From: an uncultured archaeon
GTDB lineage: Archaea > Asgardarchaeota > Thorarchaeia > Thorarchaeales > Thorarchaeaceae
Direction of reading: 5' to 3'
Length of the DNA stretch: 24,142 nt
NCBI GenBank assembly: GCA_964590575.1
Contig: CAZPWM010000042.1
Coordinates: 1-24,142 of the forward strand
Shown here: piece after piece, positions 10,022-18,326 of the stretch
Layout of the letters: each line of letters begins with the position of its first letter
Numbering within the stretch: position 1 is the first letter of the stretch
Notes under the pieces: model-generated
Seen by the model: the letters and a program-made list of their open reading frames with translations, nothing else
Databases searched by the model: none
Told to the model about the DNA's origin: nothing
Translations under genes and position numbers: made by a program

Positions 10022-10058
10022 AGAAAAAAAGGAAAAAGGAAGGCAGGTCAACCCTGCC
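10022..10058 (-). terminator. Putative terminator of the repeat membrane protein gene
   Basis: GGCAGG/CCTGCC stem (10042-10058) followed on the minus strand by TTCCTTTTTCCTTTTTTT; lies between convergent genes. Confidence 0.7.
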
Positions 10059-10074
10059 AACCTAAGTTCACTGA

Positions 10075-11175
10075 TTAGTCAGTCCAGTCCATGGCTTCGA
10101 AATCTCTGTATTTCCTCCACTGACCACCACCGCTTATTGCAGCGATAATCAACAGAGAAACCAAGAACACTGCGAAGTTTTGGTATTCATTGAATTGGTC
10201 TGCAAAGAACCAGAACCAAAATGCTAGTACAATGACCCATAGAAATGCCAATCCAATAGCCCACCAGTTCTCAGGTCCTTCCCCTCTATGGCGTGCCCAA
10301 GGAAGCCACATTCCGACAACTATTGCACTGAACACTGCAAATGAGAGAAGGATTACTGCTACATTCTGGTTTGGTGAAAATCCGTAAATAGCATTTCCAG
10401 CAAAGAACCAATTCCATATGACAATGAATACAAGCCAGAGGAGAAACCCGCCCATTGTACCTTTCAGCCGCGGTGCGACACCCGGCTCGCCATCAATACT
10501 GATACTGATTCCAGGGCTAAAGGGGGCGATTACTATCAACAACATTAGCAAGAATGAGGCTAAGATAATTGCGACATTCTGGTATGTATTGATCGGGTAA
10601 ATGAGTGCGAAATCGTTAGCAAAGGGAAGCCAAAGCACTATGAATGTCAACCATCCAATACCACCTAGCGCGCTAATTCTAGCTCTACCTTCCTCTCCAG
10701 CAGATGACATCCAGAGGAGCATATTGACTGCACCAATGATTAGCAGAGAAGCAAGTCCAATCCCTATGTTCTCGTAGAATCCGAAGTCAACTGCGAAAAA
10801 GGCTATCCAGAGTATCAAGAAGATTATCCAGACAACTCCACTTACTGCACTTGTTCGAGCTTTCCAGCCGCCTTCCATACGAGGTATCAATGCGACTGCA
10901 TTCACAGCAAATGCAACTAGTAGAGCCACTAGCACAACTGCAATGTTCTCAAAGATTCCATAACCACTCGCGAAGAAGAACAACCAGATAATCAGAAATG
11001 CCATCCAAGCAATCAGACTTGCAATCGAACCAAATTCCTGCATCTTATTCCTTCTACGTCGATTTCTGCTTCGTCGTCGTGGTCTAGCCTCTTCCTCTAT
11101 TTCATCCTCCACAACGTCAACATCATCAGGTATGTCATCAGGTGGTGGAGTCACATCTTCATCAATCGGTTTCAT
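10075..11175 (-). CDS. Hypothetical 10-TM protein with five tandem helical-hairpin repeats
   Basis: Five copies of roughly W-x2-F-x3-W-x2-F(F)A-x(n)-(E/Q)N-(I/V/F)-(A/G)-x2-L; N-terminus acidic then Arg-rich. Confidence 0.85.
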   Translation of the reverse strand: MKPIDEDVTPPPDDIPDDVDVVEDEIEEEARPRRRSRNRRRRNKMQEFGSIASLIAWMAFLIIWLFFFASGYGIFENIAVVLVALLVAFAVNAVALIPRMEGGWKARTSAVSGVVWIIFLILWIAFFAVDFGFYENIGIGLASLLIIGAVNMLLWMSSAGEEGRARISALGGIGWLTFIVLWLPFANDFALIYPINTYQNVAIILASFLLMLLIVIAPFSPGISISIDGEPGVAPRLKGTMGGFLLWLVFIVIWNWFFAGNAIYGFSPNQNVAVILLSFAVFSAIVVGMWLPWARHRGEGPENWWAIGLAFLWVIVLAFWFWFFADQFNEYQNFAVFLVSLLIIAAISGGGQWRKYRDFEAMDWTD

Positions 11176-11195
11176 TCAATCAAACCCTAGGTTCA

Positions 11196-11240
11196 ACGCT
11201 ATGGCGACTTCGTGGTACTAACTCACGATGCCGTTTGCGT
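11196..11240 (-). promoter_or_regulatory. Predicted structured 5' leader hairpin
   Basis: Nested stems ACGC/GCGT, GGC/GCC and TCGTG/CACGA between a TATA-like box (11273-11281) and the start codon at 11175. Confidence 0.4.
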
Positions 11241-11272
11241 CGTGTCTTTCTAATAAAAATCAATCAATTCTT

Positions 11273-11281
11273 GTATATAAA
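11273..11281 (-). promoter_or_regulatory. Archaeal TATA box candidate
   Basis: TTTATATAC on the minus strand, about 100 nt upstream of ATG 11175. Confidence 0.45.
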
Positions 11282-11416
11282 GGAGTGTCACAAAATAGGG
11301 TCACATCATGTTACTATCTCTAACGTCAGTGATGTGTGACTCAACCATCATTAACTTTTAACAATAGTTAAATATATATTCAATGACCTGCTTAACATAT
11401 CCTGGAGATTTATCCG

Positions 11417-11896
11417 ATGTCAGATGATGATAAGTTAACACTGGAAGAATTCCATAGGAAAATAGCAGCACAGACAAACAACAGCATTTGGCCAGCTCTA
11501 GACAACAATAATCCAACTGAAGATGAACTTGAGGAAGCCATGCATATGGCACACACTGCAAGATATCACTGGAGCAAGGTTGGAACAATAGTCAATGCAG
11601 TTAGAGCAGAGTACATGCTTGCGAGAATTTATGCCCACATGAAAAGGAGTGAACCAGCACTATTCCACGCAAACAGGGGCTTCGAACTTGCAAAGGAAGC
11701 TGAGAAGACTGATGAAAATTGGAAGGATTGGGATATGCCTTTCATATACGAGGCTCTCTCTCGAGCTCATTTAGTAGCTGGAAACAAAAGTGAGTGCAAC
11801 AAGTACAAGAAGATAGCCCAGAAAGCAATTGATGCGATAGCTGGAAAAGAAGACAAAGAAGTGTGTCAAGGTGAACTTGACAAGGTCAAATGCTGA
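11417..11896 (+). CDS. Hypothetical alpha-helical (TPR-like) protein
   Basis: 159 aa with HRKIA..TNNSIW, AHTARYHW and YEALSRA helical motifs; GGAG RBS-like sequence and AT-rich TATA-like region upstream. Confidence 0.75.
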   Translation: MSDDDKLTLEEFHRKIAAQTNNSIWPALDNNNPTEDELEEAMHMAHTARYHWSKVGTIVNAVRAEYMLARIYAHMKRSEPALFHANRGFELAKEAEKTDENWKDWDMPFIYEALSRAHLVAGNKSECNKYKKIAQKAIDAIAGKEDKEVCQGELDKVKC

Positions 11897-12000
11897 TTAG
11901 TATGCCAACATCTCACAGAAAATAGACTGTGTCGGTTGAAGCATATCGACCAAAAAGCTATATGTGGAGGAGATAGCCCTCTCCCTCGGAGAAACAGCAC

Positions 12001-12519
12001 TTGAGTGTCCGTATGCCAGTCTACAAGACCGTCCTTGTTGGTGAGGGGGGTGTAGGTAAGACTAGCTTAGCTGTCAGGTACACTGAGGACCGCTTCGACC
12101 AAAAAATGAAGATGACGATTGGAGTCAACTTCGCTACCAAAAAAATGCGTGTGGACGGCACTGAACTTACTCTGCTTTTATGGGACCTCGGTGGACAACC
12201 CAGATTTCAAGAAGTCATTTCGGATTACTTCATCGGTTCAAGGCTTGGAATTGCTGTCTATGATGTTGGTCGAATATTTACCCTGCATAGACTAACTAAT
12301 TGGATCACTAGATTGCATCACGCTGTACCGGGATGCGAGATCTTTTTGGTTGGCAATAAAATTGATGAACGAATCTCTGGAATGGGAGTGACCTTGGAAG
12401 ATGCGGAGGAATTTGGGGCGCAATATAATGCTCAAGTGTTTGAGGTCTCTGCGAAAACTGGTGAGGGTGTTATTGAGATGTTTGATGCCGCTGGAGCACT
12501 CTTGGCTAAGAAACCGTAG
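12001..12519 (+). CDS. Rab/Arf-like small GTPase
   Basis: G1 GEGGVGKT, G2 TIGVNF, G3 WDLGGQ, G4 NKID, G5 SAK. Start is TTG 12001 or ATG 12013. Confidence 0.95.
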   Translation: MSVRMPVYKTVLVGEGGVGKTSLAVRYTEDRFDQKMKMTIGVNFATKKMRVDGTELTLLLWDLGGQPRFQEVISDYFIGSRLGIAVYDVGRIFTLHRLTNWITRLHHAVPGCEIFLVGNKIDERISGMGVTLEDAEEFGAQYNAQVFEVSAKTGEGVIEMFDAAGALLAKKP

Positions 12520-12558
12520 AATCTACATCTTTTTTAGATACATCAGGTTATTTTCTTC

Positions 12559-13320
12559 ATGCAATTTGAGAGCATAGTCATCCGGATATTCGACGTAGAC
12601 TTCATGCTGCTGGATTTGATCTTTACAGCAATCTGGATTATTGTTCTTTACAAGAAAGGATACATCAAGCCACTTCTATTTGGACTCTTTGGGATTATGA
12701 TAAACCTGATTGTGGACTATGGAATCTGGTTCAGTATACAGGGTGTTCGAACGGTTGAGGATTTGCCCGGATGGATGTCACCATTTGCGTTCTTTGTCTA
12801 TTTTTCAATCACCTATGGAATGATCGAGTATTCCTATGTACAAGTCATGTTCTCACTTGACAGTCAGGAAGAGAATGCGAAAGGGGAGATGCTCCGCTGG
12901 TCACTCTTCCTCTTCGGTGGCTGGTTACTATTTGGTATGCTGTCGTCAGTACTTCCTATCAATGATGCAGAGGTAACCGTCCAGAGAGTTATGACTGGAC
13001 AAAGAATTTACCAAGTCTATGGTATCATCGCAGAGTATGTACTATTGGCGATATTAGCATACATGGAAAAATTCGGTCTCAGTTGGAAGAAGATTCTGTA
13101 CATCTTCTCAGTGGGATTCTTTGTCCACTTCTCGATGGAACTTACCCTGTTGCTCTCCGGAATCAGGGTCCTTGATTTCTTCAACCTAATATTCAACAGC
13201 ATCATTGAGTTTAACACGGGGGCTCCCATTCTCTACCTTTTACTTTTTGCAGTTGCACCATTCGTAGAAAGAAAACTAGGTAGAGGGTCTTCAGGGGAAA
13301 CAGCAGAATTAGGTCAATGA
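12559..13320 (+). CDS. Hypothetical multi-pass membrane protein (about 7 TM)
   Basis: 253-aa hydrophobic ORF; overlaps the convergent GNAT gene by 12 nt. Confidence 0.78.
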   Translation: MQFESIVIRIFDVDFMLLDLIFTAIWIIVLYKKGYIKPLLFGLFGIMINLIVDYGIWFSIQGVRTVEDLPGWMSPFAFFVYFSITYGMIEYSYVQVMFSLDSQEENAKGEMLRWSLFLFGGWLLFGMLSSVLPINDAEVTVQRVMTGQRIYQVYGIIAEYVLLAILAYMEKFGLSWKKILYIFSVGFFVHFSMELTLLLSGIRVLDFFNLIFNSIIEFNTGAPILYLLLFAVAPFVERKLGRGSSGETAELGQ

Positions 13321-13743
13321 CTTGCGGAAGATAACCTCTCCTATGCCTCCCTCATTAATCCCTGAGATGATGCCGGCTTCCACGAACCCAACTGAACGAT
13401 GCCAAGTTTGAGGTTCTGGCTCGTTTGCCTGTGATGAACTATACAAAGCATCATGACCTCTGCTTCGGAGGTAGTCCTCGAGATAAGCAAGGATCTTACG
13501 TCCAATGCCCTCATTTCTATAGAGTTTTAAAACCCAGATGGCACCGATATAAGGAATAGTGGACCAGAGGTATTCGATTCGAAGATATCCAATTGGTTGT
13601 CCATCTAGCTCAGCAATGATGATCTCATCATTGACTATCTTGTGTCGAATGACTTGCTCAGTGACATGATCATCTGAAACTACGCACCACTCAAGAACCT
13701 CAGGACCAGCGAACCTCACGATCACACGTTCATTGACACTCAT
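13309..13743 (-). CDS. GNAT family N-acetyltransferase
   Basis: Acetyl-CoA motif IWVLKLYRNEGIGRKIL and C-terminal WHRSVGF. Likely start is ATG 13743; the track's extension to 13968 overlaps copA. Confidence 0.88.
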   Translation of the reverse strand: MSVNERVIVRFAGPEVLEWCVVSDDHVTEQVIRHKIVNDEIIIAELDGQPIGYLRIEYLWSTIPYIGAIWVLKLYRNEGIGRKILAYLEDYLRSRGHDALYSSSQANEPEPQTWHRSVGFVEAGIISGINEGGIGEVIFRKSLT

Positions 13744-13837
13744 GTGCACACATCCCCAATATTGTCTAAAGCTCGAAAGCTCCTGAAGAAACTTCCGAAT
13801 CAATTCTATCAAGACGATTGTTGATATTTTGTCTTTA

Positions 13838-16651
13838 TCAATCTCTGAAATCTCGATCTTTGTACTCAGCAGGATCTGCGTCAAAGGTCTGTTTGCAGTA
13901 GGGGGCGCAGAAATAGTATCGCTTACCTTCATAGTCGGAGTATAAATCAGCAGTGGCAGTGGCAACATCCATTTTACAGATTGGATCTATGGCAATCTCT
14001 GGAGCATCCGACTTACTTTGGTCTTTTTCCTCGTACTTTTCAGGATTCGCTTCAAAGGTGTCTTTGCAATACTGGTTGCAGAAGTAGTACCGTTTACCTT
14101 GGTAGTCACTGAAGAGGTCTGCCGTAGCAATTTCAACTTTCATTTTGCAGATCGGATCAATAGCTACTTCTCCTTCCCGATAAGCTGCACGTAGAACTCC
14201 ACTATCTATTGTTTCAGCTTTCGCTGGTTTGAAACGATTAAGGCTCAAGGCATTAGTAACCACACTTACACTCGAGAGGGCCATTGCTAAACCAGCAAAT
14301 TCTGGTCTGAGAACAAGTCCTAGTGAAGGATAAAGAAGGCCAGCTGCAATAGGTAGTAAGATGATATTATAGATTAGCGCCCAGAAAAAGCCTTGCTTAA
14401 TCTTAGTCATGGTGCTCTTTCCAAGTTGGATTCCCGTTACAACATCAAGGAGGTTATCTCTGACAAGAACAATGTCACCTGATTCTACTGATACATCTGT
14501 TCCTGAACCAAGCGCGATACCGACATCGGCCTGTGCTAGTGCAATAGCATCATTTACTCCATCACCAACCATTGCGACTATTCGACCTTCTTTCTGGAGT
14601 ATTTTTACTTGTTCAGCTTTATCGCTAGGTAACACTTCTGCAAGAACACTATCAATTCCCACGGTCGAAGCTATCGACTTGGCTGTTTCCAGCTTATCGC
14701 CTGTGATCATCCAGACTTCAATTCCAAGTTTTTTCAGTGTATCAACAGCTTGGACTGAAGATGTTTTTAGCTTATCAGAAATCCCTATGATAGCTAGAGC
14801 TTTCTCATCCTGTGCGGCAAAGACTGTTGTCTTACCCTGCTGCTGGAGCATCAACGCATGACTCTCTAACTTCGAGAAGTCTATACTGTTGTCAACCATG
14901 AACTGGTTACTTCCAACATGAATCACTTTTCCATTGATTGTAGCGCTGACGCCTTTTCCTGTAGTGTAGCTAAAATCTTTAGAGCTGGCAATATCAATGC
15001 CCCTCTCCTTTGTTTCATAGACGATGGCTTCAGCCAGTGGATGCTCACTATTGTTTTCAACCGCGGCAATTAGGCCAAGAGCTTCATCTTCAGAGAGTGT
15101 ACCCAAGAGAAGAATGTCAGTGACCGTAGGTCGTCCTATGGTTAATGTCCCGGTTTTATCAAAGACTATAGTATCAATAACAGGGATGGTTTCGAGACCA
15201 TCACCAGTTTTAATCAATATCCCATATTGAGCTCCTTTGCCAATTCCGACCATAATTGCTGTTGGAGTAGCGAGACCAAGTGCGCATGGGCAAGCAGCTA
15301 CAAGAACTGCAATCGTGAAATTAAGAGCAAGATCCCAGCCCGTAGACATGATGATTGTCCAAAAGAGGAATGTTGCTATCGAGAGAATCAGAATCACTGG
15401 TGTAAACACGCTTGCTATGGCATCAGCTTTTCTCTGAATAGGAGGCTTGTTGGTTTGCGCTTCTTCCACCATTCTAACAATCTGTGAAAGGACTGTGTCC
15501 TTCCCGACCTTTTTAGCTCGAACACGCAAGACACCATTCTTGTTTACTGTTCCACCAACTACTAAGTCACCAACGTTTTTGTTTACAGGTACCGGTTCAC
15601 CTGTAATCATCGATTCATCAACAGCGGACTTCCCTTCGAGAACTTCACCATCAACTGGAACACGATCACCCGGTCGAATCAGTACAATGTCATCTACCTC
15701 AACATCCTCAATTGGCAGGATTTTCTCTTTCCCATTCCGCATAACGACAGCTACTTTAGCTTGAAGATCCATCAGACTTCGAATTGCCTTTGAGGTTCTC
15801 CCTTTCGCGATGGCTTCAAGGGTGCGACCCAAGAGGATGAACGTGATTAGGAGTACTGCAGTATCATAGAATGACGAATATCCAGTGAGAAGAAATGTGG
15901 TTGCAACTGAGTAGAAATATGCGGCACTTGTGCCAAGCATCACCAACGTGTCCATATTTGTCTTGAGATGTCTGGCTGACCGCAGGGCTGCTTTATAGAA
16001 CGGGTATCCACCGATGAACTGAACAGGTGTGGATAACGTGAACATGATCAGCATTCTTATCTCTTCAGCCGGGATGAAAGAATCTAGTAAATGGAAATGA
16101 ATTAGAACAACTGGGATTGAAAGTAATAGTGAGAATGTGAAGAGACCAAGATAGTACCTACGTTCTTTATCCCTAGCAAGAGACTCCCTATCACCCTCGA
16201 TTCCTTCAGCTGCATCAGGCTCAAAACCCAAATCTCTTAGAACTTTCTTTACAATCTTGAAGGTCAGAATGTCTTCGTCATATTCAATGAGTAATTTCCG
16301 TTTTTCAAAGAAAAAATTGACTGTTATTACTCCGTTCTGCTTTTTCAAAACTTCTGTAATCTTACTCCAATCATTCTCAGTTTCTGCACCTGCAATGGTC
16401 ATGGTCATTGCAGCTCTTTTAACTCGATATCCAGAGGAATCAACAGCCTTCTCAAGCTTTGATCTGTCAACACGTGAGGAATCATACTCAATAACCGCTT
16501 TTTCATCGAGTAAACTGACTGTGGCTTTAATCACTCCATCTTCATTCAAAAGCGATTTCTCAATAGTTGCCACGCATGATGCACAGTGCATACCTTCTAT
16601 CTTCATAGAAAGACGTTGAGTTTCCTGCGTTGTCTTTGGAGTGTCACTCAT
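13838..16651 (-). CDS. copA: Cu(I)-translocating P1B-type ATPase with an N-terminal HMA domain and two C-terminal YHS/TRASH domains
   Basis: GMHCASC, TGEP, CPC, DKTGT, SEHPL, TGD, GDGVND, YN and MALSS (P1B-1 signature); two DPICKM...YYFCxxYC domains. Confidence 0.95.
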   Translation of the reverse strand: MSDTPKTTQETQRLSMKIEGMHCASCVATIEKSLLNEDGVIKATVSLLDEKAVIEYDSSRVDRSKLEKAVDSSGYRVKRAAMTMTIAGAETENDWSKITEVLKKQNGVITVNFFFEKRKLLIEYDEDILTFKIVKKVLRDLGFEPDAAEGIEGDRESLARDKERRYYLGLFTFSLLLSIPVVLIHFHLLDSFIPAEEIRMLIMFTLSTPVQFIGGYPFYKAALRSARHLKTNMDTLVMLGTSAAYFYSVATTFLLTGYSSFYDTAVLLITFILLGRTLEAIAKGRTSKAIRSLMDLQAKVAVVMRNGKEKILPIEDVEVDDIVLIRPGDRVPVDGEVLEGKSAVDESMITGEPVPVNKNVGDLVVGGTVNKNGVLRVRAKKVGKDTVLSQIVRMVEEAQTNKPPIQRKADAIASVFTPVILILSIATFLFWTIIMSTGWDLALNFTIAVLVAACPCALGLATPTAIMVGIGKGAQYGILIKTGDGLETIPVIDTIVFDKTGTLTIGRPTVTDILLLGTLSEDEALGLIAAVENNSEHPLAEAIVYETKERGIDIASSKDFSYTTGKGVSATINGKVIHVGSNQFMVDNSIDFSKLESHALMLQQQGKTTVFAAQDEKALAIIGISDKLKTSSVQAVDTLKKLGIEVWMITGDKLETAKSIASTVGIDSVLAEVLPSDKAEQVKILQKEGRIVAMVGDGVNDAIALAQADVGIALGSGTDVSVESGDIVLVRDNLLDVVTGIQLGKSTMTKIKQGFFWALIYNIILLPIAAGLLYPSLGLVLRPEFAGLAMALSSVSVVTNALSLNRFKPAKAETIDSGVLRAAYREGEVAIDPICKMKVEIATADLFSDYQGKRYYFCNQYCKDTFEANPEKYEEKDQSKSDAPEIAIDPICKMDVATATADLYSDYEGKRYYFCAPYCKQTFDADPAEYKDRDFRD

Positions 16652-16670
16652 AACAGAACCTCGGTCCTAC

Positions 16671-16690
16671 CAATTGTTTAACAATTGTTA
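16671..16690. promoter_or_regulatory. Palindromic operator candidate upstream of copA
   Basis: CAATTGTT-T-AACAATTG (16671-16687) overlapping TAACAATTGTTA (16679-16690), 20-39 nt before the ATG. Confidence 0.6.
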
Positions 16691-16741
16691 ATTATTTGTG
16701 AGCCTAATAACCGTTGCGTTATGTTTCAATCTTCCTGAGAA

Positions 16742-17329
16742 TCAACCTACGAAATGCTCGCTTTCTTTCTCCCCTTGAGCCTCATTCATCATCCGGAGAA
16801 GCTCATGGAACGTGTCTTGGATGTTTGCACCGGTCTTAGCTGAGGTTTCTCTGAAAATCGCAGGAACACCAAGTTTATCGATGAAATACTTTGTGAACTC
16901 CTCGCCTTCCTCGGCTGTCACATACTTCGTTTTATCTTTACTAGCTCGAAGATCGATCTTATTCCCTATTATTACTGTGGGAGGTAATGGGCCCATATTC
17001 TTGAAGGCCTCAACAAGCCATTTACTTGCATTATCGAAAGTTTCTCGGTCAATAACCGAATAAACCAGTAATATTCCATTGCAGCCGCTGTAGTAATGCC
17101 CGCGTACCTTCTCAAAAGTTGGCTGCCCTGCAAGATCCCAAATAATGAACTTCACGATATCCTGCTCAAACAAAACACGTTTCGTAGCCAAGTCTACACC
17201 AATCGTTGCGAGATGTCCTTCAATGAAGTCCTCACCCAAGTAATTGCGGCGTATGCTTGTTTTTCCTACTGCACCGTCCCCTATTAGCACAGCTTTCATG
17301 ATTTTGCTGCCATCGTCTTGATCCCGCAT
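16742..17329 (-). CDS. Rab-like small GTPase
   Basis: G1 GDGAVGKT, G2 TIGVDL, G3 WDLAGQ, G4 NKID, G5 SAK. Confidence 0.95.
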   Translation of the reverse strand: MRDQDDGSKIMKAVLIGDGAVGKTSIRRNYLGEDFIEGHLATIGVDLATKRVLFEQDIVKFIIWDLAGQPTFEKVRGHYYSGCNGILLVYSVIDRETFDNASKWLVEAFKNMGPLPPTVIIGNKIDLRASKDKTKYVTAEEGEEFTKYFIDKLGVPAIFRETSAKTGANIQDTFHELLRMMNEAQGEKESEHFVG

Positions 17330-17524
17330 GGTGATTTTCTCCTCAGTACATGGTTCCGCAGGGGATTATTGGTTAGTCAATAGACCTCCCGTTTCCATTG
17401 GCTAAGAAAAACTCACTGCATAGCCCAAAATAAGGTTAGTGTTCCAGAATCAAAATATGAGCTAATGAAATGAAAATATCAGGTTTTAAACAATATACCC
17501 TCGATTAGTGGATGAGGTTCAATT

Positions 17525-17779
17525 TCATTCAGCAATACCCAGAAGTAATAACCTGAGTCTATTCCTTTTCATGAAAAGGACGATAACTGAAACCACTGCA
17601 ATTGATGCTATTAAGACAACCGCGGGAACTTGACTTTCTATTTCTGCAGCAGGCGAGATAGGATCAGTCGGGTCAGAACCATAAGCCACTTCCCAGACAT
17701 CCGTGTAATTGTCAAAATCACTATTGGGATTTGAAGGATAAGTTCCTAGGTTATACTCATCAAGATTAGACAGCTTTAA
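17525..17779 (-). pseudogene. C-terminal remnant of a TSP3-like (Ca-binding) repeat surface protein with a membrane anchor
   Basis: My translation: LKLSNLDEYNLGTYPSNPNSDFDNYTDVWEVAYGSDPTDPISPAAEIESQVPAVVLIASIAVVSVIVLFMKRNRLRLLLLGIAE*. In-frame TGA immediately upstream, and no ATG start before the repeats. Confidence 0.65.
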
Positions 17780-17891
17780 TCAAGTTCCTTATGATGTTCG
17801 CTCTTTCATGACTCTCCTTCTCCTTTTTCGAACAGAGTAAATACGATGAGGTAAAAAGGAGGTTCTCTCTAACGGAACAGGAGGGAGACTG

Positions 17892-18314
17892 ATGAAAAAC
17901 CAAACGCCCTTCGCACTTTGTTTCATTGGAGGACTCTTTCTGATCTTTACAGGATATAATCATGGTGTGAGCACGATTTTCCTGATTTATGGGGTCGTCC
18001 ACTCGATTCCTAGCCTTGCAGCGTTTTATTTCCTAATTGATCTCATTCTAGTCATTCTAGGTATAATTGCTTGGTCTGGTGGGTATGCTGTGCTCATAGG
18101 AGGGTATCTTCTCACAACATCTCATGTAAGAAGTGGAAAGATACTCATAGCAATAGCTGCAGGATTTGGGCTTATCAGCTTCATACTCGCAATTTTATGG
18201 GTCTACCTTACTTTAGGTTGGGTAGGGCTTCTTGTCTTGGGATGGCTCATAATGCATTCAATGTGGGCATTAGGACTTGTATTAACTATAATTGCACGAA
18301 GCACAGCAAAATGA
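17892..18314 (+). CDS. Hypothetical membrane protein (about 4 TM)
   Basis: 140-aa hydrophobic ORF with a strong GGAGGGAG RBS-like sequence. Confidence 0.75.
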   Translation: MKNQTPFALCFIGGLFLIFTGYNHGVSTIFLIYGVVHSIPSLAAFYFLIDLILVILGIIAWSGGYAVLIGGYLLTTSHVRSGKILIAIAAGFGLISFILAILWVYLTLGWVGLLVLGWLIMHSMWALGLVLTIIARSTAK

Positions 18315-18326
18315 ATTCAAAGCTAT

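Noticed and set aside
11216-11222. TACTAAC spliceosomal branch-point-like word in a hairpin loop (similar ACTAAC near 17372)
   Set aside because: Antisense to the adjacent gene in one case, no splice-site context, and a short word expected by chance
11882-11896. C-terminal Cys (KVKC) as a prenylation/ICMT substrate
   Set aside because: Not a CAAX, CC or CXC motif; no prenyltransferase in the window, and the GTPases also lack such motifs
13744-13968. N-terminal extension of the GNAT ORF overlapping copA
   Set aside because: Alternate-frame extension with no domain similarity; ATG 13743 gives a typical GNAT length
17563-17580. Perfect 18-bp palindrome TCCTTTTCATGAAAAGGA
   Set aside because: Lies inside the coding remnant (VLFMKR), is low in complexity and single-copy, and is plausible by chance
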